From: Octopus vulgaris
Taxonomy: Eukaryota
Length of the DNA stretch: 64,000 bases
Direction of reading: 5' to 3'
NCBI GenBank assembly: GCA_951406725.2
Contig: OX597835.1
Span: forward strand, 38,626,001-38,690,000
Part shown: in pieces, positions 56,739 through 64,000 of the stretch
Numbering within the stretch: the stretch's first letter is position 1
How the letters are laid out: every line of letters starts with the position of its first letter
Notes under the pieces: model-generated
What the model was told of the DNA's origin: nothing
The model's input: the letters and a program-made list of their open reading frames with translations, nothing else
Databases searched by the model: none
Translations under genes and position numbers: made by a program

Positions 56739-57799
56739 TATATATAATTGCTTTGCTGTTTTTCTGTCTTTGCTGATATTGTCTTTTGTCTACGCTATCG
56801 TATGATACCGCTATATATTTTCTAAATGTCATATAAACGCTATATCTTTTTCCCTGCGCCATATTGCCATAATCTTGCCATATTTTTCTCTACAGAATAT
56901 CATATATTCTCGCTGTATATTTTCTATACCCGTTGATTTCCTGTTATACGACAGGTAGCATTGTATATTTTCTTCTTTCTTTCGGAAATTTCCGCGCTCG
57001 TTGTTTTAATTACAACCCACACGACATACTTTACATAAGTCGTTATACATTAGTTATTATTATTATTATTATTATGATATCCGTTATTTGCAGTGGAATT
57101 ATTTTCCTAATGCATCATTAGATTTCCTAATGTGAACGCTATATTTTATGTTGCGTTATATATACCACGTCTTGCTTATTGGTTGTTGTCGTCTGTTTTT
57201 TATTTCTCTTTCCAGTTTTTATGAATTTATTTTATGCTTTCAAATATTTGCTTAATTTGCTCCCCCCCCCCAACCACCACCACCACTACCACCACCACCA
57301 CCACCACCACCACTATCACCACCACCACCACCACCACCACCACTACCACCACTACCGTCACAGCCCATCATACTTTCATTGGTTGAGAAGGTTCCATTTG
57401 ATTGGATGAGCTCATGACGTCTTTCACCACCACCACCGCCACCACCACCAACAACAACAACAACGACTCTTCCACCATCGCCCCCCGACCACCACTACAG
57501 AAGCCACAATCTGCTCTACTACCAACCCCACCGCCATCTCCACCACCACCATCAATATCGTCATCACCATCACAAAAACCATCACCACAACGCCAATCAT
57601 AACCATCACAACGTACGGCAATACCACCACCACCATCACCACTGTCACCACCGTCACCACCACACCCATCATCACCATCACAACCGACGTCAATAGCACC
57701 AGCACCATCACCACCGTCACCACCACTACTACTACTATCACCATCCCCAACCCCAACCTACAACAATGATATTTGTACTTTAGTTAGTGATATTGATAC

Positions 57800-58625
57800 G
57801 AAGCCAGTAATTTCGGGGCAAGAAGTGAGTCGATTAGATCGACCCTAGTACTCATCTGGTACTTATTTTATCGAACTCCAAGGGATGATCCAAAGTCGAT
57901 CTCGGCGGAATTTGAACTCGGAATGGAAAAATGGACGAAAAGCTGCTAAGCATTTTTGCCCGGCGTGTTAACGATTTCTTTTCTACTCTGGGCACAAAGC
58001 CCGAAATTTTGGGGGAAGGAGACCAGTCGATTAGAACGGCCCCAGTGCGTAACTAGTACTTAATCTATCGACCACGAAGGGATGAAAGGCAAAGTTGACC
58101 TCAGCGGAACTTGAACTCAGAACATAACGGCAGACGAAATACCTATTTCTTTACTACCCACAAGGGGCTAAACACAGAGAGGACAAACAAGGATAGACAA
58201 ACGGCTTAAGTCGATTATATCGACCCTAGTGCGTAAATGGTAATTATTTAATCGTCCACGAAAGGATGAAAGGCAAAGTCGACCTCGGCGGAATTTGAAC
58301 TCAGAGCGTAGTGGCCGACGAAATACGGCTACGCATTTCGCCCGGCGTGCTAAAGTATCTGCCAGCTCGCCGCTTTACTTTGGTTACTAATATTAGATAT
58401 GATGTGAAGGCGGAGAGCTGGCAGGATCATTAACGCGCCGGAAAAAAGTGATTAGCGGCATTTCCTCCATCTCTACGTTCTGAGTTCAAATTCCGCCGAG
58501 GTCGACTTTCCTTTTCATCCTTTCAGGGTCGATAAAGTAAGTACCATTTGAACACTGAGGTCAATGTAATCGACCGACCCGCTCCCCCGAAATTCCTGGT
58601 CTTGTGCCAAAATTTGAAATCGTTA
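57800..58625. mobile_element. SINE family B cluster: minus copies 57800-58375, plus copy 58408-58625
   Basis: Head-to-head arrangement of B units. Confidence 0.8.
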
Positions 58626-58716
58626 TTAGATATGTTATTTTGCAACAGTTCCTTCTCTTCTGTTGATACCGTTTCTATCGAATCAAGTTTCCGTGTCTTC
58701 AAGTTATCCTGTAATG

Positions 58717-58850
58717 CTGGCTGTGTGATAAGAAGTTTGCTTCCCAGTCACATGGTACCGGATTCAGTCCCACAGCGTGGCACTTGGGGCCGACCAAAGC
58801 CTTGTGAGTGGATTTGGTAGATGGAAACTGAAGGATGCTCTTTCTATACA
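58717..58850 (+). mobile_element. SINE family A 5' fragment
   Basis: ggctgtgtgataagaagtttgcttccc..gccgaccaaagccttgtgagtggatttggtaga. Confidence 0.75.
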
Positions 58851-58864
58851 TATATTCATATATT

Positions 58865-58935
<71 letters not shown>

Positions 58936-58937
<2 letters not shown>

Positions 58938-59217
58938 TGTTTCTCGAGCCACGTCTGGCTCATAAGCGCTGGTTTCCCGGTAACCTTGGAGTATATAGGT
59001 TCCCCCCCTGGTCGGGACGCCGGTCCGTCGCAGGTGAGCTGCAAGATGCAGGAGGAAAGAGTGAGAGAAAGTTGTGGCGAAAGACTCAGCAGAAGTTCGC
59101 CATTACCTTCTGCCGGAGCAGCGTGGAGCTTAGGTGTTTCGCTCATAAACACACACATCGAACCCGCGATCCCTCGACCGCGAGTTCGCTGCTCTAACCA
59201 CGAAGCCATGTGTCTCC
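58936..59217 (-). mobile_element. SINE family D variant with a different 3' tail
   Basis: Shares head and gagcgaaacacctaagctccacg..ccacaactttctctcactctt with 44946-45125, then diverges. Confidence 0.75.
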
Positions 59218-59228
59218 ACACACACACA

Positions 59229-59282
<54 letters not shown>

Positions 59283-59704
59283 TACACACACAGCGAACGA
59301 AAATGAAAATTAAATATATTAACATTTCTACTTCATTTTTCCAAATGAGATTTTTATTGTATATACTTTAAAGTGTGTTCATTATTTACAGGAAATTTTG
59401 TAGGAAGTGATTAAGAACTAAATAATTCAAAACAGAGAAAATGTTTACTTGAAAAAATACAAGATGGCTAAAATTAGAGAACGTAGAATTCAAATTTAAA
59501 AAGTAAAATCTGGCAAAATTCCGACTGATGTAAACTAAGTTGCCTTAACAGTGCGAAGGTTTACATTGAACAGAAATGAATTAAGAACCATGGGAAGCCG
59601 ACGTAGAGTTGTTAAACCCGAGGAAGCGAATGGACACACTGAAAAATGGAATGGGATTTTGTTATCGTCATAGACATTAACTGATCAAACTCAAGGTTTA
59701 TGAA

Positions 59705-60515
59705 GAAAGAAGCTCGTTTGAGACCACGGAAAACAAGTGTTTGCAAGAAACGTGTGATACAGAGGTTTCGTTAAGAGACTACTGTTTCGATACTGCTGCA
59801 GGAATTTCTCAAGTAATTCGTGATTACAGAATGAATAAGACTCGCCGCTTGAAAGAAGCTCGTTTGCGTCATTAAAAAAACGAAGGAGACCACAGAAAAA
59901 AAAAAGTGTTTCCAAGACCTTATGATTCAGAGGTTGTCATTAAGAGACTGTTTCGATACTGCTGCCGGAATTTAGGAATTTCTCAAGTAATTCGTGATTA
60001 CAGAATGAATGTCTCGGAAGAGTGTGACTCGTCGCTTGAAAGAAGCTCGTTTGTGTCATTAAAAAAACGAAGGAGGCCACGGAAAACAAGTGTTTGCAAG
60101 ACCGTGTCGTTCAGAGGTTGTCGTTAAGAGACTACTCTTTCACTACTGCTGCAGGAATTAATTTCTCGTCAAGTAACGCATGATTACAGAGTGAATATAT
60201 CTCGGAAGACTGTGACTCGTCGCTTGAAAGAAGTCGGACTTCATGCCCGTTCCCCCGCCACAAAACCTCTCATCAATATGAAGAACCGAGAAGCAAGATT
60301 AGTCTTTGCCAACGAGCACGTACTTAGGACAGACGACAGCCGATCGCGTGTGTTCTTCAGTAACGAAAGCGAGTTTAATTTGGTTGGATCCGATGGTGGA
60401 CAGTACGTGAGACGTCGTGAAGATGAAAGATTGCTCCTAAAATGCACGAAAAAATCAGTGAAGTTTGGAGGTGGGTGTTTCATGGCGTGGGGTATGATTT
60501 CTGCAGCAGGTACTA
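59705..60515 (+). pseudogene. Tc1 transposase fragment with tandemly triplicated DNA-binding segment
   Basis: RRPRKTS..; NISRKTVTRRLKEVGLHARSPATKPLI..RVFFSNESEFNLVGSDG..KKSVKFGGGCFMAWGMIS. It is truncated before the second catalytic D. Confidence 0.85.
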
Positions 60516-60673
60516 GGTCTTTCGATTCTCTGGCTTCTATCACATCTTTCTCATTTCGCTTTCAATATAGTGCACTTTTTCACTTGGCGTTTCTATTTAT
60601 TTATATACTTTTGTGAACACTACTTTCATATCTAAGGACCATTGATACGGAGTTTGTAAAATCCTGTACCCAA

Positions 60674-61086
60674 GGTAGGAGTGGCTGTGTGGTAAATAGC
60701 TTGCTTACCAACCAAATGCTTCCGTGTTCAGTCCCACTGCGTGGCACCTTGGGCAAGTGTATTCTGCTATAGCCCCGGGCCGACCAAAGCCTTGTGAGTG
60801 GATTTGGTAGACGGAAACTGAAAGAAGCCCGTCATATATTTGTAAATATATCTATATGTATGTGTGTGTGTGTACGTATTGTGTGTCTGTGTTTGTGTTC
60901 CCCCAACATCGCTTGACAACCGATGCTGGTGTGTTTACGTCCCTGTAACCTAGCGGTTTGGCAAAAAGAGACCGATAGAATAAGTACTAGGCTTACAAAG
61001 AATAAGTTCTGAGGTCGATTTGCTCGACTAAAGGCGGTGCTCCAGCATGGCCGCAGTCAAATGACTGAAACAAGTAAAAGAGAGAG
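60674..61086 (+). mobile_element. SINE family A full length
   Basis: Matches the family consensus. Confidence 0.9.
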
Positions 61087-61353
61087 TAAGGTAAACCTTC
61101 ATTTTGATGCCTATTATTATTGGAGCTACAAGATACATACCAACTCGACTTGGAGCAGACTATGACAAAACTTGGGTTACTGGATATATATATATATATA
61201 CCGCAGTAAAAGAACTTTGATTTGGAAGGAAAATACGAATTCATTCATCTATATGGATTTGGATGTACTATCTCCTGTTATCTCCGATGGCGCGGGATCG
61301 GGGTGCAAGAGGTGGGTTAATAGCATTTGCAAATCTATAAATTTACTGGATTG

Positions 61354-61412
61354 TTGTGCTGATGATAGGAATGATTTCTTCTTATAATTCTAACCCAGAA
61401 ACGCGTCCACAG
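61354..61412 (+). ncRNA. Type-I hammerhead ribozyme motif, canonical core
   Basis: UUGUG-CUGAUGA-[32-nt degenerate stem II]-GAAA-CGCGU-C-CACAG. Stem III is the palindrome ACGCGU and the triplet is GUC. Confidence 0.8.
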
Positions 61413-61957
61413 CTGACCGAAGACCGTTTGATTTCGTTATTTTCCTTCTTTTGCCTATGTGAGTTACAAGTAATGTTATAATGGGGAGCTATATCTGTAG
61501 TAGATAGGAATAAGCGGTCTTTGGCTGCTATTTCTAAATTTTCGGCATATATATATATGTATATATATAATTATATACGTTTTTATTATTATTTTGTAAT
61601 TTACTTAATCATCGGTATTTTATTGTTATTTTAATGTTAATCTTTCTATTATATGTAATTTTCTAGATGGTGTAATTTAATTGTTCCTCTTGAATTGATA
61701 AAAGGTGTTTTTTTTCTAATTTTTATATATATACATTATATAGTGTGAAATTTGATTTAGTATTTCTAAATTGAATTTTTTCCCTGTAAGTTAGGATTAA
61801 TATTCCCTCAAATAATTATATATATATATATATACAAGTGCAAACAAGGGAGTCAGAGAAAGGCAGAATGCCACTTATATCTGAACACTACTATAGAAAT
61901 ATTCCTTTTAAAAAAACTTTTCTTCTAATTTTTCTAAATTTAATTATTTAATCGTTA

Positions 61958-61995
61958 CAGTTGAAAAGGTCTCAAAATGACCGAAACCGGTACTG
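61958..61995 (+). ncRNA. Degenerate minimal hammerhead motif
   Basis: CAG-UUGAAAA-GGUC-ucaaaau-GACC-GAAA-CCGGU-A-CUG. All three stems are intact with palindromic ACCGGU; the core is two substitutions from CUGAAGA. Confidence 0.6.
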
Positions 61996-62082
61996 AAATG
62001 TTCACTATAAAATTATTTTAGCATTTTCTATTTTTGACTTGTTTTTTCATATATATCAACTCGTGTGTTCCTTTTCACCCTT

Positions 62083-62174
<92 letters not shown>

Positions 62175-62391
62175 CAACTCAATTCATGCGAAGCAAATGA
62201 TGGTGATATCTGGAACAATAAAAACTGCATGAGCTTCTAAAGACTTAAACAATAATAAACGGAACACATGATGCTTTTCTTCGCAACCTTACTTCGTAGC
62301 AGGTGGTCGGCCAAAATTAGAAAGTGGAAAAGCAAACGCATACATATTCACCTGTACATACACGTGCACACACACGCATACACACGCACTC

Positions 62392-62526
<135 letters not shown>

Positions 62527-63162
62527 CATACAGTCTATTTATCCCACGCACTGACGCAATAACGCGATAGAGGGAATTTATCGATCGTTTGTGATCATCA
62601 AAGCAATCCAACAAATAGTGATCGATACTTTTGTTGCTGTTGTTATCGTTGTTGTCGTTGTTGTTGTTGTTGTTCTGGTGGTGATGGTGTTGCTGCTGGT
62701 GATAGTGCTGGCTGTGATGGCGGCGGCCGTGGTGGTGGTGGTGGTGGTGGTGGTGGTGGTGGTGGTGGTGGTGGTGGTGGTTGTACTGGTGGTGATAGTG
62801 GCGGCGGCGGCGCCGATGTAGCTCCAGGTCAACTTCGATCAATTTCTCCGTAAGATCAAAGATATCGTAACCAATTATTATCTTTTATTTTATTTTTTTT
62901 TTTTTCAATTTTACCTACAACTTAATCTGGCATCTTTTGTTCATATTTTCTCGTCATTGCTTTCTTGTTAAGACTGCAAGGCTTATAGTTTGAGGGATAT
63001 GATGCTAGTATTTCTAGCATGACAAGTGACTACATAAAGGATCCTGATCAGAAAACGTAAAGAAATACGACATTTTGTGCAGTATATGTCATCTTGAGTG
63101 TTCTTACGGATTTATTGACGGTCAGCCGATGCGTATCGTTTTCTGTTATACGTGGGGATGCG

Positions 63163-63805
63163 AAGGCGGTGAGCTGGCAGAATGGTTAGCACGTCAGGGC
63201 GAAATGCTTGGCGGTATTTCGTCTGCCGCTACGTTCTGAGTTTAAATTCCGCCGAGGTCGACTTTGCCTTTCATCCTTTCGGGGTCGATTAAATAAGTAC
63301 CAGTTACGCACTGGGGTCGATATAATTAACTTAATCCGTTTGTTTTTCCATGTTTGTCCTCTCTGTGTTTAGCCCCTTGTGGGTAGTAAAGAAATAGGAA
63401 ATAGGTATTTCGTATGCCGCTACGTTCTGAGTTCAAATTTCGCCGAGGTCGACTTTGCCTTTCATCTTTCCGGGGTCTATTAAATAAGTACCAGTTACGC
63501 ACTGGGGTCGATATAATCGACTTAATCTGTTTGTTTGTCCTTGTTTGTCCCCTGTGTGTTTAGCCCCTTGTGGCTAGTAAAGAAATAGATATTTCGTCTG
63601 CCGCTACGTTCTGAGTTCAAATTCCGCCGAGGTGGACTTTGCCTTTCATCCTTCCGGGGTCGATTAAATAAGTACCAGTTACGCACTGGGGTCGATGTAA
63701 TCGACTTAATGTCTTTGTCTGTCCTTGTTTGTCCCCTCTATGTTTAGCCCCTTTTGAGTAGTAAAGAAATAGGTATTTCGTCTGCCGCTTCGTCCTGAGT
63801 TCAAT
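63163..63805 (+). mobile_element. SINE family B multimer (head, three units and start of a fourth)
   Basis: Period of about 180-190 bp with junction aaagaaatag(g)tatttcgt. Confidence 0.9.
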
Positions 63806-64000
63806 GTTAACTATGTAGCCGGGAACTGATGTATTTCTGTGCGGTTCAGAAGTTCGCTCTGTAACGATGTGGCTTCAGTTTCGATCCCAGTGCATGTCAT
63901 ATCAGGCAAAGTACCTACTTTTTAAAATTCTTATTACCATGGCTTCAGGTTTACCAATAGCTTGTAAGTTTCAGTTTCTAAGCAGAAATACAGCACAAGT

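Noticed and set aside
63163-63805. Regularly spaced repeats suggesting a CRISPR array
   Set aside because: Whole 180-bp units repeat with no unique spacers, the context is eukaryotic SINE sequence and there are no cas genes.

Overview
This is repeat-saturated, AT-rich eukaryotic DNA with no recognisable host gene. Extreme microsatellite density and the tRNA-derived SINE families suggest an octopus (coleoid cephalopod) intron or intergenic region; the taxon is an inference. Nearly all ORF-track entries are microsatellite read-through. The real coding remnants are transposon-derived: a young 5'-truncated RTE-clade LINE (14343-15104), an R4/Dong-like RLE fragment (about 32880-33445, minus), a full-length decayed IR/DR Tc1 DD34E element (51960-53571) and a second Tc1 fragment with a triplicated DNA-binding segment (59705-60515). 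At least five SINE-like families and several MITE or foldback elements are also present. The most striking unannotated signal is a set of type-I hammerhead ribozyme motifs: seven complete folds, one mirror copy with a truncated stem I and one 5'-truncated copy. They sit in short, mutually unrelated non-coding islands, mostly embedded in (TA)n tracts. They have the tiny palindromic stem III of Penelope-like-element hammerheads; several carry a CCGANGA core variant, two have very long stem II hairpins, and two islands are palindromes with a motif on each strand. All folds were read by eye and activity is untested.
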